Below, one piece after another: positions 13,031 to 26,264 of a DNA stretch of 64,000 nt (the stretch's first letter is position 1; each line of letters starts with the position of its first letter). The translations under genes were made by a program, and so were the position numbers. Source of the DNA: Malacoraja senta. Lineage: Eukaryota. A model generated the notes under the pieces. That model was not told the origin of the DNA. It made no database searches and saw only the letters and a list, made by a program, of their open reading frames with translations. The stretch lies in NCBI GenBank assembly GCA_038087875.1, contig JAXLNO010000146.1:434001-498000 (forward strand), in the 5' to 3' direction.

Positions 13031-13032
13031 AC
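12853..13032 (+). repeat. ~42-bp minisatellite (AGTGCAGCATTTCAAAGCAGTTACCACCACCAACAACCGTTTGC-like), ~4 copies
   Basis: Direct tandem units; the same unit occurs inverted at 15672-15912. Confidence 0.9.
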
Positions 13033-13154
13033 AGCATTGCAAAGAAACCACATTTTCATTTTCAAACCACATTAAGGGCACTCACAATTGATTAGACATG
13101 TGTTCAGTGTTATTCACAGCTCAGAGTGACGTGACCTTCTCGCTTCCTCCATAT

Positions 13155-15470
13155 TGTGAGAAATGTGTCTTGTGAGAAATGTGCCTCGTGAGAAAAGTGC
13201 CTCGTGAGAAACGTGCCTCGTGAGAAAAGTGCCTGACTTTGGCTCGAGAGTCTTCGGCGAGGAGATTGTGGAGAGGAGATTACGCCAAAAGTTGGAGAGG
13301 ACGGGATGCGGTGAACACATGACGGGTAAGCTGAGTCAGTGTGAGGCTTGCAGGATGTGGGAGGTCAGAGACATTGATGGTGCCTCTGTCTGCTACAACT
13401 GTGGTAAGTGTGTCCAGGTTCAGCTCCTGAAGGCCACGTTGGGGCACTGGGGAAGCAGCTGGTTGACCTCAGGGCCATCCGAGGTAACGAGAGTTTCGTG
13501 GATAAGACCAACAGTGAGATTGAGACGCCTAGGTTACAGGAAGAGCGAAGGTGGGTGACTGTGAGAACGAAGAGTAATCGTAGAGTGCAGGAGACCCCGG
13601 TGGATGTGTGAATGAAAACCTAATGAAAACAGGCACACCCTTTAGGGAGCTGTCGGGGCGGACGACGCTTCCAGTCCGACAGGTGGACAGATCGGTGGCT
13701 CTAACCCAAGCGATGAGATTCGACCGGCGAGACCGACGTCGGGCAGAGCTATAGTGGTGGGTGACTCCATTGTCCGAGGTACGGACTGGAGATTCTGTGG
13801 CGGCAACCGAGGCTGGAGGGTGGTCTGTTGCCTCCATGGTGCCAGGGTTAAAGAGATCACAGACCGACTTCAGAACATCCTCGAGAGGGAAGTTGGACAA
13901 CCGGCAGCACGTGGGCACAAACGACATCGCGAGGAAGAGGAAGGAGTTTCTGCAACGCAAGTTTAGAGAGTTAGGAAGAAGATTGAAAAGCAGGACTTGT
14001 GGGGTGGTTATCTCTGGATTGCTTCCAGTACCTCGTGCTAGTGAGGGCAGGAACAGGGAGATAGGGGACCTGAATGAGTGGCTGTGGATTGGTGCAGGGA
14101 TCAACGATAATGCTTTATAGACCACTGGGATCTCTTCTGTGGTAGTGGTGACCCGTAGAATAGGGACGGGTTACACATTAACTGGAGGGGAACCAACGTT
14201 GTGACAGGCAGGTTTGCTAGTGCTACACGTGTGGGTTTAAACTAAATAGTGGGGGGACGGATTGACAAATTGGGAGTATAAAGATGGAGGTAAAGGGAAA
14301 GCGAGCACAGGAAAAGTTACAAAAGACTCCAGGAGTAATGGGAAGGAAAGTTCGAGACGGATTAAGGTCAGGGCCAATATTGACCGGTGTGAGAGGGGAG
14401 GTGAATACTGAAGTAAAAGTGTTGTTTATGAGTGCGCGAAGTATTTGAAATAAAGTGGATGAGCTTGAGGCTCAGTTAGACATTAGCAAGTATGATGTTG
14501 TGGGAATGGTTGCAAGGGGACCAGGGCTGGGAACTGAATATTCAAGGATAGACGTCCTATCGAATAGACAGACAGGTGGGCAGAGGGGGTGGGGTAACCC
14601 TGTTGGTGAGGAATGACATTCAGTCCCTTGAGAGGGGTGACATGAAATCAGAAGATACAGAGTCAGTATGGATAGAACTGAGGAATTGTAAGTGTAAAAA
14701 GACCCTAATGGGAAATATCTACTGGCCCCCAAACAGCCTGGATATAGGGTGCAAAGTGAATCAAGCGTTAAAATTGGCATTTCGTAAAGATAATACTACG
14801 GTTGTTATGAGAGATTTCAACATGCAGGTAGACTGGATAAATGAGATTGGTACTGGACCCCAAGAAAGGGAGTTTGTGCAGTGCCTCCGTGATGGATATC
14901 ATAGAGCAGCTTGTACTGGAGCCTATCAGGGAGAAGGCAATTCTGGATTTAGTGTTGTGTAATGAACCGGATTTGATAAAGGAACTTGAGGTTAACGAGC
15001 CATTAGGAGGAAATGACCATAATATGATACATTTTAATCTACAATTTGAGAGGGAGAAGGGTAAATCGAAGGTGTCAGTATTACTGTTGAACAAAGGGGA
15101 CTATGGAGCCATGAGAGAGGAGCTGGCCAAAGTTGACTGGATAGATACCCTAGCAGGGATGACAGTGGGACAATAATGGCAGGTATTTCTGGGAATAATA
15201 CAGAAGGTGCAGGATCAGTTCATTCCAAAGAGGAAGAAAGATTTCAGGTGCAGCAAGGGGCGACCGTGGCTGACAAGGGAAGTCAGGGACAGTATAAAAA
15301 TGAAAGCGAAGAAGTACAGCATAGCAAAGATGAGCGGGAAGCCAGAGGATTGGGTAACTTTTCAAGAGCAACAGAAGAAAAATAAAAAAGGCAATACGGG
15401 GAGAAAAGATGAGGTACGAAGGTAAGCTAGCCAAGAATATAAAGGAGGATAGTCAAATTGTATTTAGGTA
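13155..15470 (+). mobile_element. CR1 5' half: 5' UTR with a 16-bp repeat, ORF1 (Zn finger + SGNH esterase-like), ORF2 endonuclease region
   Basis: (GTGAGAAAnGTGCCTC)x~5; QCEACRMWEV..CGKC; VVGDSIVRG, HVGTND; ILDLVLCNEP..GNDHN; stops at ..TTTAGGTA (15470). Confidence 0.88.
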
Positions 15471-15912
15471 CAAGACTAAATGGGACCCGTTGGGCCAGTG
15501 GGGGGTGGGTTTCTGGAGCGCTAGTATGGGTGTTGTGGGCCGAATGGACTGGTTTCCAGGGCTAGTATGGACATTGTCTGCCGAATAGATTATTAGGCTG
15601 GCAGCTCAATCACTCAGGCCTGGTGTGCTGGCAGCGCAGTCACTCAGGCCTGGTGGGCTGGCAGCTCCGTCCCGGTTGTTGGTGGTGGTAACTGCTTTGA
15701 AATGCTGCACTGCAAACGGTTGTTGGTGGTGGTAAGTGCTTTGAAATGCTGCACTGCAAACGGTTGTTGGTGGTGGTAACTGCTTTGAAATGTTGCACTG
15801 CAAACGGTTGTTGGTGGTGGTAACTGCTTTGAAATGCTGCACTGCAAACGGTTGTTGGTGGTGGTAACTGCTTTGAAATGCTGCACTGCAAACGGTTGTT
15901 GTTCGTGGTAAC
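15471..15912 (-). mobile_element. Helitron 3' part (probably the rest of Helitron A, inverted), including the 42-bp array
   Basis: CAAGACTAAATGGGACCCGTTGGG is the reverse complement of the hairpin + degenerate CTAG terminus; same minisatellite as 12853-13032. Confidence 0.75.
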
Positions 15913-15914
15913 TG

Positions 15915-17095
15915 GTTAACTTCCTGTTTGCACTGTATATTGATTTTGGATAAGACGCTACCACTTACGGTTGTGATTTTTGGCCATCTTACTCAGTCCC
16001 CCTCCGCTCATCAGGTGCAGAGGATTCTTTCCATCAATGAAAAATAATAGTGTTATTAGTGTTTAAAAAATTGTTGAGAATCTCTCTCCTGTCAATCACG
16101 CCATGAAAGCCACGCCCCTTCCCGTGGGAGGGGGAGGGATTATAAAACCCAGAAGTGTGGGTGTGGCTCAGTCTCTGCAAGATGGGGAGGAGAGGTCACG
16201 ACTCTGTCTGAGCTGTGAATCAACTGAACACACTGAATGTCTACTGAACAGTGAGTGTGGTGTTTGTGTGGTGTTTTGTGTGGTTTTATGGTGGTTTAAT
16301 GGTGGTATCACCCTGCTTGAAATGGTATGAAACTGCATTTGAATGTGGTGGCCTTGCACCTTGCATGAAATGGTATGAAACTGCATTTGAATTTGGTTGT
16401 CTTGCACCCTGCATGAAATGGTGTGAAACTGGACTTGAATTTGGTGGCCTTGCACCCTGCTTCAAATGGTATGAAATTGCACTTCAATTTGGTCGTCTTG
16501 CACCCTGCTTGAAGTGGTGTGAAATGCACTTGAATTTGGTGGCCTTGCACCCTGCTTGAAATGGCATTAAACAGCGCTAGCATTTGGTGGCCTTGCACCC
16601 TGCTTGAAGTGGCATGAAACTGCACTTGAGTTTGGTGGCCCTGCACCCTGCTTGAAGTGGTAGGAAACTGCACTTGAGTTTGGTGGCCCTGCACCCTGCT
16701 TGAAGTGGTATGAAACTGCACTTGAATTCGGTGGAATGCACCCTGCTTGAAGTGGTTGGAAACTGCACTTGAATTCGGTGGCCTTGCACCTTGCTTGAAG
16801 TGGTAGGAAACTGCACTTGAATTCGGTGGCCTTGCATCCTGCTTGAAGTGGTAGGAAACTGCACCTGAATTTGGTGGCCTTGCACCCTGCTTGAAGTGGT
16901 ATGAAACCGCAATTGAATTTGGTGACCTTCCACCCTGCTTGAAATGGTAGGAAACTGCATTTGAATTTGGTGGCCTTGCACCCTGCTTGAAATGGAATTT
17001 CAAGGAATAGCCGTGAGTCAACTGCTCGCCCACCAACCGTGAGTGAGCTGCCCTCCCGTGTGAACATAGGACCCAACGGGTTCCACTTAGTGTAG
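15915..17095 (+). mobile_element. Non-autonomous Helitron B (first ~30 nt missing)
   Basis: ACTTCCTGTTTGCACTGTATATTGATTTT matches the Helitron A 5' region; ends GGACCCAACGGGTTCC-ACTTAGTGTAG|T. Confidence 0.78.
16311..16995 (+). repeat. 48-bp minisatellite (CCCTGCTTGAAGTGGTATGAAACTGCACTTGAATTTGGTGGCCTTGCA), ~14 copies
   Basis: Direct tandem units without spacers, inside Helitron B. Confidence 0.92.
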
Positions 17096-17925
17096 TATTG
17101 TTATATATGTCCGCCACGCATGAAAAAAGAGATACACTTTCCAGATGTTGGATGTGTACACGTGTGCCCATGCAATTAAGAGGAGATATTCCCCTTAAGA
17201 TTATCGCTTTGAACGTTTCGGAAATGGCCGAGTGGTACATGCCCCAGAACCATTACCACCTTCCGGTCTGCTTGTATGTCTACCAAAAGGACCGTTGCAA
17301 ATACAAGCCCAAATACAACCGTTCCTACTATTCCTCTTTCTGGGCCCTTTAGTGAAAGAAGGCAAGAAGGTGAATTTGCCATGTCAGGCAATATAGCGGG
17401 GCCCGAAAGTACGGAATGCTTTGTGCAGTCGAAATCTCAATGACTTTGACAGTACACGTGTGGGCTTCAGTCACATTACGGCTCGAAACCGTTCAACTGG
17501 ATACCCTTTTCAGGACAAATGTTTTCCCCTTTCGGTAGAATCCTTTAGTGCTTGCAATAGTACCTATTTTGTCTACGTTCCCTGTTTGCCCCAGGATAGT
17601 TGAGGCTCATATTATTTCCCTCATTTTGTTTATATTATTCGGCACTATATGTCCTTATCCCAAATGTACTCTCAGTCAACATGGAAAGGTTCTTTGCTCT
17701 TGCATTTCCTTGCCAGGGCATGGTAAAGGGTGAGAGAGAGAGCATCAATATAGCCTCTGCGTGAGTAAAGGTTGCTAATTTCCCTGCCTTGGAAGAAATT
17801 ACTGCGGAGGAGGTGGTCATCCGGACAATTGCTCAGCGGAACAGAATGGATTTGTATATCCTCCCAGCAGAAAACGTGAGAACTGAATACATGATAGAAT
17901 CTGAATGGTGTAATTATATCCCAGA
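17096..17925 (+). pseudogene. Endogenous retrovirus env (gamma-type), SU and TM ectodomain, degenerate
   Basis: LYMS..SRCWMCTRVP..IPL (CWxC at 17146-17157); NSTYFV; from 17681 ERFFALAFP..INIASA*VKVAN..ALEEITAE..IRTIAQRNRMDLYILPAENVRTEYMIESEWCNYIPD, a decayed LQNRxxLDxLLA..GG.C......CC.YIPD motif. Confidence 0.82.
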
Positions 17926-18284
17926 CTAGACTAAGTGGGACCAGCATCACACGGGATGGCTGATCACCCAACGCAATATTCCACCTCTCCACCAATTCCA
18001 ATATTGCTCGCCAGTAGGGGGGGAGGGGGGCTTTCTGTTGCACTAGTATAGGTGTTGTGGGCCGAAGGTACTGGTGTCCAGAGGGCTAGTATGGACATTG
18101 TGGGCCGAATGGACTCATGGGCTGGCAGCTCGGTCGCTGAGGCCAGGCAGCTCAGTCACTGAGGGCTGGCAGTAGTCACTCAGACCTGGTAGGCTGGCAG
18201 CTGAGAAACTGCCAGAAATTCTGCCCAATACAGGTGACAGACTGTGAGAGAGAAGGGGGAGAGGGTGGACTGAATGTCATATTG

Positions 18285-18548
18285 GGCTGGCAGTTCAGTC
18301 ACTCACGGCTGGCAGGCTGGCAGTGCAGTCACTCACGGCTGGTGGGCTGGCATTGCAGTCACTCACGGCTGGTGGGCTGGCAGTGCAGTCACTCGCGGCT
18401 GGTGGGCTGGCATTGCAGTCACTCACGGCTGGTGGGCTGGCAGTGCAGTCACTCACGGCTGGTGGGCTGGCAGTGCAGTCACTCACGGCTGGCGGGCTGG
18501 CAGTGCAATCACTCACGGCTGGCGGGCTGGCAGTGCAGTCACTCACGC
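18285..18548 (+). repeat. 30-bp minisatellite (CAGTGCAGTCACTCACGGCTGGTGGGCTGG), ~9 copies
   Basis: Direct tandem units; related shorter units lie near the other Helitron 3' ends (15600-15665, 35795-35935). Confidence 0.92.
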
Positions 18549-18860
18549 CTGGTCCCTCCCCACAACCGCCCCCATGCACTCCCACAGAGCATCCATTCCT
18601 GCCCATTAGGTTCCGATTGTGATGAAGAACACGCAGGCATGAAAAGTGGAAAAAGGATTTATTAAAGTTTAATATGTGAATGACTTTTAAAATATAAGAA
18701 CAATTTAAATGTTAAAGATGACAATTATTAAGTTATTTCTTGTAGTGTCTCTTGTTGCTGCTCACTGCGTCGTTATGTGTGTAGACACAAACAGACACAC
18801 ACAGTCTGAGAATTGAATACGTGAGAGGATTTGAATGGTGTCATTATATCCCAGACTAAG

Positions 18861-20190
<1,330 letters not shown>

Positions 20191-20499
20191 CCCCCCCCCA
20201 ATACTAAAATGCCAAGTGACTTCAGAACGTGGTGAACATACAGTGTGTAAACCGAATGATTCAAACGTTTAAAGCCTCCTGTCGAGGCTGATGCTGCTGA
20301 AGCAAAAACGTGCTTTAAATAACATCCAACAAACACACTCAACATAGACAGAGCAGTCAGATCTCTTGAATTATTCAACGACGTCTTCACTATGCCTTCT
20401 GCAGTCAGCGCCATCTTGCCACGAACAGACTTGACACGAACAGACACACACACACAGACTCACACAGACTCATACCAACTCACACATACCTTCAGTGTT

Positions 20500-22735
20500 T
20501 AAGAAGGAACTGCAGATGCTGGAAAATCGAAGGTAGACAAAAGTGCTGGAGAAACGCAGCGGGTGCAGCAGCATCTATGGAGCGAAGGAAATAGGCAACG
20601 TTTCGGGCCAAAACCTCTCTTCAGACTGTTGTAGGATGGGGCGGGGGAGAAGAAAGGAAAAAGGAAGAGGAGGAGCTCGAGGGCTGAAGGAGAGCTGAGA
20701 AAGGGAGGAGACAGCAAGGGCTACCGGAAATTGGAGAATTCAATGTTTATGCCGCTAGGGTGCAGATTGTCCAAGCGGAATATGTGGTGCTGCTCCTCCA
20801 ATTTCCGGTGGTGCTCACTCTGGCCATGGAGGAGGCCCAGGACAGAGAGGTCGGAATCGGAATGGGAGGGGGAGTTAAAGTGCTGAGCCACCGGGAGATC
20901 AGGTTGGTTAATGCGGACCGAGCGGAGGTGTTCGGCGAAACGATTTTGGTCTCACCGATGTAGATCAGCTGACATCTAGAGCAGCGGATGCAATAGATGA
21001 GGTTGGAGGAGATGCAGGTGAACCTCTGTCGCACCTGGAACGACTGCTTGGGTCCTTGAATGGAGTCGAGGGGGGAGGTAAAGCGACAAATGTAACATCT
21101 CTTGCGGTTGCAAGGGAAAGTGCCCGGGGAGGGGGTGTTTCGGGAGGGAAGGGAAGAATTGACCAGGGAGTTACGGAGGGAGCAGTCTTTCTGGAAAGCA
21201 GACAGGGGGGAGATGGGAAGATGTGGCAAGTGGTGGTGTTACGTTGGAGGTGGCGAAAATGACGGAGGAATATTTGTTGTATGTGACGGCCGTGGGGTGA
21301 AAGGTGAAGACTAGGGGGACTCTGCCCTTGTTACGAGTGGGGGGATGGGGGGAGAGAGAGCAGTTTTGCGGGGTATGGAAGAGACTCTGGTGAGAGCCTC
21401 ATCTATAGTAGGGGAGGGGAACCCTCGTTCCCTGAAGAATGAGGACATTTCCGATGCCCTGATGTGGAACACCTCATCCTGGGAGCAGATGCGGCGTAGA
21501 TGGAGGAATTGGGAGTAGGGGATGGAGTCCTTTCAGGAAGCAGGAAGGGAAGAAGAGTAGTCTAGATAGCCATGGGAGTCAGTGGGTTTATAGTGGATGT
21601 CGGTCAGAAGTCTATCACCTGTGATGGAGATAGAGAGGTTAAGAAATGGTAGGGAAGTGTCGGAAATGGTCCAGGTGTATTTGAGTGCCGGATGGAAGTT
21701 AGTGGTGAAGCGGATGAAGTCAGTCAGTTGTGTGTGGGTGCAGGAGGTAGCACCAAAGCAATCGTCGATGTAGCGGAGGTAGAGGTCGGGGATGAGGCCC
21801 TGGTACGCCTCGAAAAATGATTGTTCGACGTACCCGACAAAGAGGCAGACAAAGCTGGGGCCCATGCGCGTGCCCATAGCTATGCCTTGTATTTGGAGTA
21901 CATGGGAGGAGTCAAACGAAAAGTAATTGAGGGTAAGGACCAATTCCGCTAGGCGGAGGATAGTATCAGTGGACGGGTATAGGTTGATTCTCCGATCGAG
22001 GAAGAACCGGAGGGCTTTGAGACCATCCTAGTGGGGGATGGAGGTGTATAGAGTGACTGGACGTCCATGGTGAAGATGAGGGGATGGGGGCCCAGAGAAT
22101 GGAATGCCCGGAGACGCCGGAGAGTGTCTGAGGTGTCTTGAATATAGGTAGTGAGGGATTTAACCAGGGGGGATAGGATGGAGTCAAGGTATGTGGAATT
22201 AAGTTCGGTAGGGCACGAACAGGCAGAGACAATGGGTCTACCAGGACAGTCAGGTTTGTGGATTTTGGGGAGAAGGTAATATCGGGCCGTGCGGGGCTGG
22301 GGAACGATGAGGTTGGAGGCTCGGGTGGGGGGCAGGGAGCGGTAGTTGATGAAGTCGGTGATGATGCAAGAGATAGTGGCCTGGTGCTCGTCTGTGGGGT
22401 CATGGTCCAGGGGTAAGTAGGAGGAGGTGTCCGAGAGTTGGCGCATGGCCTCAGCGTTGTAGAGATCGACGCGTTAGACCACCACGGCACCTCCCTTGTC
22501 GGCGGGTTGGATAACCCAGTCTGGGTTGTTGTGTAGTGAGTCGATGGCTGTACGTTCACGGGGGAGAGATTGGAGTGAGACAGGGGAGTGGAGAAGTTGA
22601 GGCGCTTGATGTCCCGTCGGCAGTTTTGGATAAAAATGTCTAAAGCCGGAAGGCCATGAGGGGGGTCCACGAGGAGGGGGTTCGTTGGAGATGGGAAAAG
22701 GGATCATCACTAGGAGGCGAGGACTAGGCCCCAAG
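20500..22735 (-). mobile_element. Penelope-like element (RT + GIY-YIG endonuclease), frameshifted
   Basis: PADKGGAVVV, LLPKIHKPDCPGRPIVS, MDVQSLYT, GIAMGTRMGP, RYIDD, CISSNLIYCIRCSRCQLIYIGETK. Confidence 0.92.
20590..20630 (-). ncRNA. Putative minimal hammerhead ribozyme motif of the Penelope terminal repeat
   Basis: Minus strand CTGAAGA-GAGGTTTTGGCCC-GAAACGTTG fits the CUGAnGA/stem II/GAAA core; stem II is imperfect. Confidence 0.55.
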
Positions 22736-22739
22736 GCCC

Positions 22740-23135
22740 CAAGTCAATTTGGCAAACACTTTGCAAACAACCAACACATATTCTGAAATGTCTTTGAAAG
22801 CCAAGCCAATTTGGCAAACACTTAGCAAACAACCAACACATTTTCTGAAGAGTCTTTAAAAGCCAAGCCAATTTGGCAAACACTTTGCAACCAACCAACA
22901 CATTTTCTGAGGAGTCTTTAAAAGCCAAGCCAATTTGGCAAACACTTTGCAAACAACCAACACATTTTCTGAAGTTTTTAAAAGCCAAGCCAATTCGGCA
23001 AACACTTTGCAAACAACCAACACATTTTCGGAAGAGTCTTTAAAAGCCAAGCCAATTTGGCAAACACTTTGCAAACAACCAACACATTTTCTGAAGAGTC
23101 TTTAAAAGCCAAGCCAATTTTGCAAACACTTTACA
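22740..23135. repeat. ~61-bp minisatellite (AAAGCCAAGCCAATTTGGCAAACACTTTGCAAACAACCAACACATTTTCTGAAGAGTCTTT), ~6.5 copies
   Basis: Direct tandem units inside Helitron C. Confidence 0.92.
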
Positions 23136-23485
23136 ACCACGTCGAGGGGACTCACCGTGGAGTAGACGTGCGTTGTTATTCGCAGCTCAGAGAGCCGTGA
23201 CCCTCTCGCTTCCTCCGTCTCGCAGAGACTGAGTGTGGCACGACACTTCCGGGTTTTATAGTCCCTCCCCCCTGCCGCCAGCGGGGGCCGCAGAAAGAAT
23301 GGCGATATTTTTTAAAACATTAATAAGTCTCTGATTTTTCATCGATGGGAAAAATCCTCCAGTCCAATCCGGCGGAGGGGGACTCTGAGCATGGTGGCCA
23401 AAAATGACGGCCGATTTTCTCTCGGAAATCACGAAACAGTGAGGCGAAATCGGTCAAGATCTTAGTTTTAGTAATATAGATGTAA

Positions 23486-24733
23486 CAATACAATACAACA
23501 CAATCAGTTTTATTCGTCACTTGCACATAAAGTGCAAGTGAAATGAATTTACCAACAGCGGTACGATGAAAAAAGAACACACAAAAACACAATAAAATTT
23601 TAACATAAACATCCACCACAGCATTCATCACTCTGGTGGAAGGCACAAAATTGTCCAGTCCTTCTCCATTTCCCCCGTGGTCGGGACCTCAATCCTCTGC
23701 AGTCGCCGCTGCGTGCGTCCAGATGTGTAGACAATGTAATGTCCAGGTAAGTCCTAAATTGGTGCTTCCGTACCGGAGACCGCGGCTTCAGGTTGGTGTA
23801 GGCCGCAGGCCGGCGGTCGAAGATCAAAAGTCCCAGCCGCACCGCAGCCGGAAGCACCGCAGACCGCAGGGTCGGCGGTCGGAGCTCTGCTCCAAGGGTC
23901 CCTGGCGAGGGACCCCGCTCCTGATGGTAAAAGGCCTGTCTCACGAGTCTGCGGTCATTGGCGGCGAAACGGGAAGAATCTGCCGCCATAGACCGGGCAC
24001 TCGTGAGAACGCACAATTCCGGGACCGTGCGGCGTTGTTCCCAACACCGCACGGTGCTAAAATAAAACCTACACTGTTCAAAAATATTTTCCTACCGCAC
24101 AGCCTCCACCAGTGATGCACGAGTGCGGCACGGCCGCCGCCACAGCCTCCGCCAGTGTGGCTCGAGCGCCGTGCATCGAACTTGCACCGTCACAGCCTCC
24201 GCCAGTGAGGCACGTGTGCGGCACGGCCGCTGGCACAGCCACCGCTACAGCGCCGCGATCAGGACGGCCGCCGCCACAGCCGCCGCTCGTGAGTCACGTG
24301 CGGCGGGCCGACGTCATCGCAGTCGGCCCGCCCTTTTTTTTACTTACCGCAAGCACGTGGGACAAGCCGTATTTCAATCACTCGGCCCCCGCGCAGCATC
24401 CGTGCGGCGCTCCCGTGGCATAGGCTCGGCGCTCTCGCCGTTGCCGTGCGGTCCACTCTACAGGCGAAGCCACGCTTCACCGCCGATGACCGCAACAACG
24501 TAAGACAGAGCCTTTAGTCCACGCCGCGGCCGCGGTAGAAGTTGGCTGCGGGCCGGCGGTCGGAGCTCCTCTCCTCCCGGGTCCCCAACGAGGGATCCCA
24601 GGCCCAGGACGCCGCGCCAGCTGGAACTATGCAGACCGTGGCTTCAGGCTGCCGCGGGCCAGCGATCAGAGCGCTCCTCTCCGGCGATCCCCGGCGAGAG
24701 CTCGCCCGCTCCGTGACGAATGCGTCCTCGCTT
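23486..24733 (-). mobile_element. LINE-derived 3' end (L2/Rex-like tail) with a GC-rich internal insert
   Basis: Minus-strand 3' end CACTTGCAC..GTGCAAGTG stem, AATAAA, (ATTGT)n tail at 23486-23545; 24100-24515 has GCCACAGCCTCCGCCAGTG repeats and a possible single TIR ending AGAGCCT|TTA. Confidence 0.55.
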
Positions 24734-24735
24734 TA

Positions 24736-25003
24736 AAAGAGAACATTATCAATCTGGCTGACCGAATTCGTCAAGAGGCAGCCAAGATGCATGAAACAAG
24801 ATGATAATAGGAGGAGTACGTTGTCTCTGCGGGGATGTAGAAAGGGATGGCTGGGATTGATGGGGATCTGTTTGATGCAAGGTTTAATTTTTCTCGTTAC
24901 CATCATCCGAGTGTTGTTTGTTTATTATGCGCTTCTGAAATGTCGCTGTGTGAGGAAGATGGAGCGAAGTATCCCATTTGTTTTGCTAAGTCACGTTCCC
25001 TGA
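24736..25003 (+). pseudogene. ERV env continuation: heptad repeat 2, membrane anchor, cytoplasmic tail
   Basis: KENIINLADRIRQEAAKM follows YIPD logically; after a frameshift comes GWLGLMGICLMQGLIFLVTIIRVLFVYYALLKCRCVRK (hydrophobic anchor, then basic residues). Confidence 0.75.
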
Positions 25004-26264
25004 GCATCAAGATGGTTTCGGGACATGTATATTTAGAGGGTTTTCTATTTTCACGACTTCAATAGATATTGGCAGAGGAAGATCGTTGAATTTTAACTGT
25101 GTTCGGGAGGCATTTGATGTCGGGAACAGGATTTCCCGTACAGGTAATTGAGAGATTGGAATTATTATGTGTCATGGGGACCATGGGCACATACAACAGA
25201 GAAGCACGTCAGCCGACCCATCCTGAGCGCACCGACCATCGGTGATGGCAACACTGCGAAGAACGCGATGCCCAGATGCTTCTCATCATAGGCAGAGTTC
25301 CAAGTTATTTAGGTAAAATTAGTAGATTATGCGTAAAGGCAACGCACCATTGTTGCTTCTGTGAAGGACCAGGTACTTGTACTTGTTCACTTAATCCAGT
25401 TTGATCTCTGCCATAACTGATCCTGATGGTTGCATTACTTCACATTAACAGAGAAGGTTATTTTATTACACTCATTACCATCACGTTTCAACTCTACTAC
25501 GGAGACAAATGTCCCTTCTCTTTTTCCGCAGTTCTGGGGAACTGGGCCGAGGGTATCGGACACGAAATATTAGCTCTTCTATTCCACCATTTTCTGTCAC
25601 TATTTCAGATTTCCAACTAACACGTTGCTATTGTTTAGATCGTGTTGCTCTGCATCTGGAGGCGTGTAGGTTTGCCCTGGTCCTAATAATTTCCTGAGCC
25701 GAACTCACCATTGTACATCTCAACAGATGCAGAATTTAGGATTTCAATACGAATACATTGCACATATTCACAACTACAATAACATTGGTACAATATTCCA
25801 AGCATCTCAATAAGTCTGTTATTTACCAATGTAGCACAGTTTCAACATATCTGAATCATTATAGATATCAGGTGTATGTTTAAACCTCCGTATCTCAATT
25901 AGCAATAACGAATGAAGAGCAACAGTTGTTCAACTAAACAAGGGAATAACAGTTCACGAGAAATTAGTGAATGTGTTCGCCAAGAATGCTTTGTGGGAAA
26001 ATAACTAAAACATAATGTATTGCTTCTCGTTTTAAGTTTATTGCAAAATGTGTCAGTTATCCATAAGAATAACGACAAAATATTACATTAAAAAGAAACC
26101 ACTCATAAATCCTTACTTTATGCAATGCTCATAGCGGCATTAAGGTTTCCCTGAGATATTAATAGACTTCAGTAGGTGACTGGGGTGTTTGCTAAATTTA
26201 ATCAGAAAATAGATTATGTCCGACTGAAAGATTCGCACAGGATCCCGCTTAAAAAAACATTTGC

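Noticed and set aside
16311..16995. CRISPR-like appearance of the 42/48/61/30-bp arrays
   Set aside because: Head-to-tail units with no unique spacers, no cas genes, vertebrate context
25003..26260. Possible 3' LTR or extra exon downstream of env (ATG..CAG|GTAATT at ~25118-25149)
   Set aside because: No polypurine tract, TG..CA boundary or partner repeat seen; the putative exon resembles nothing and has no matching acceptor
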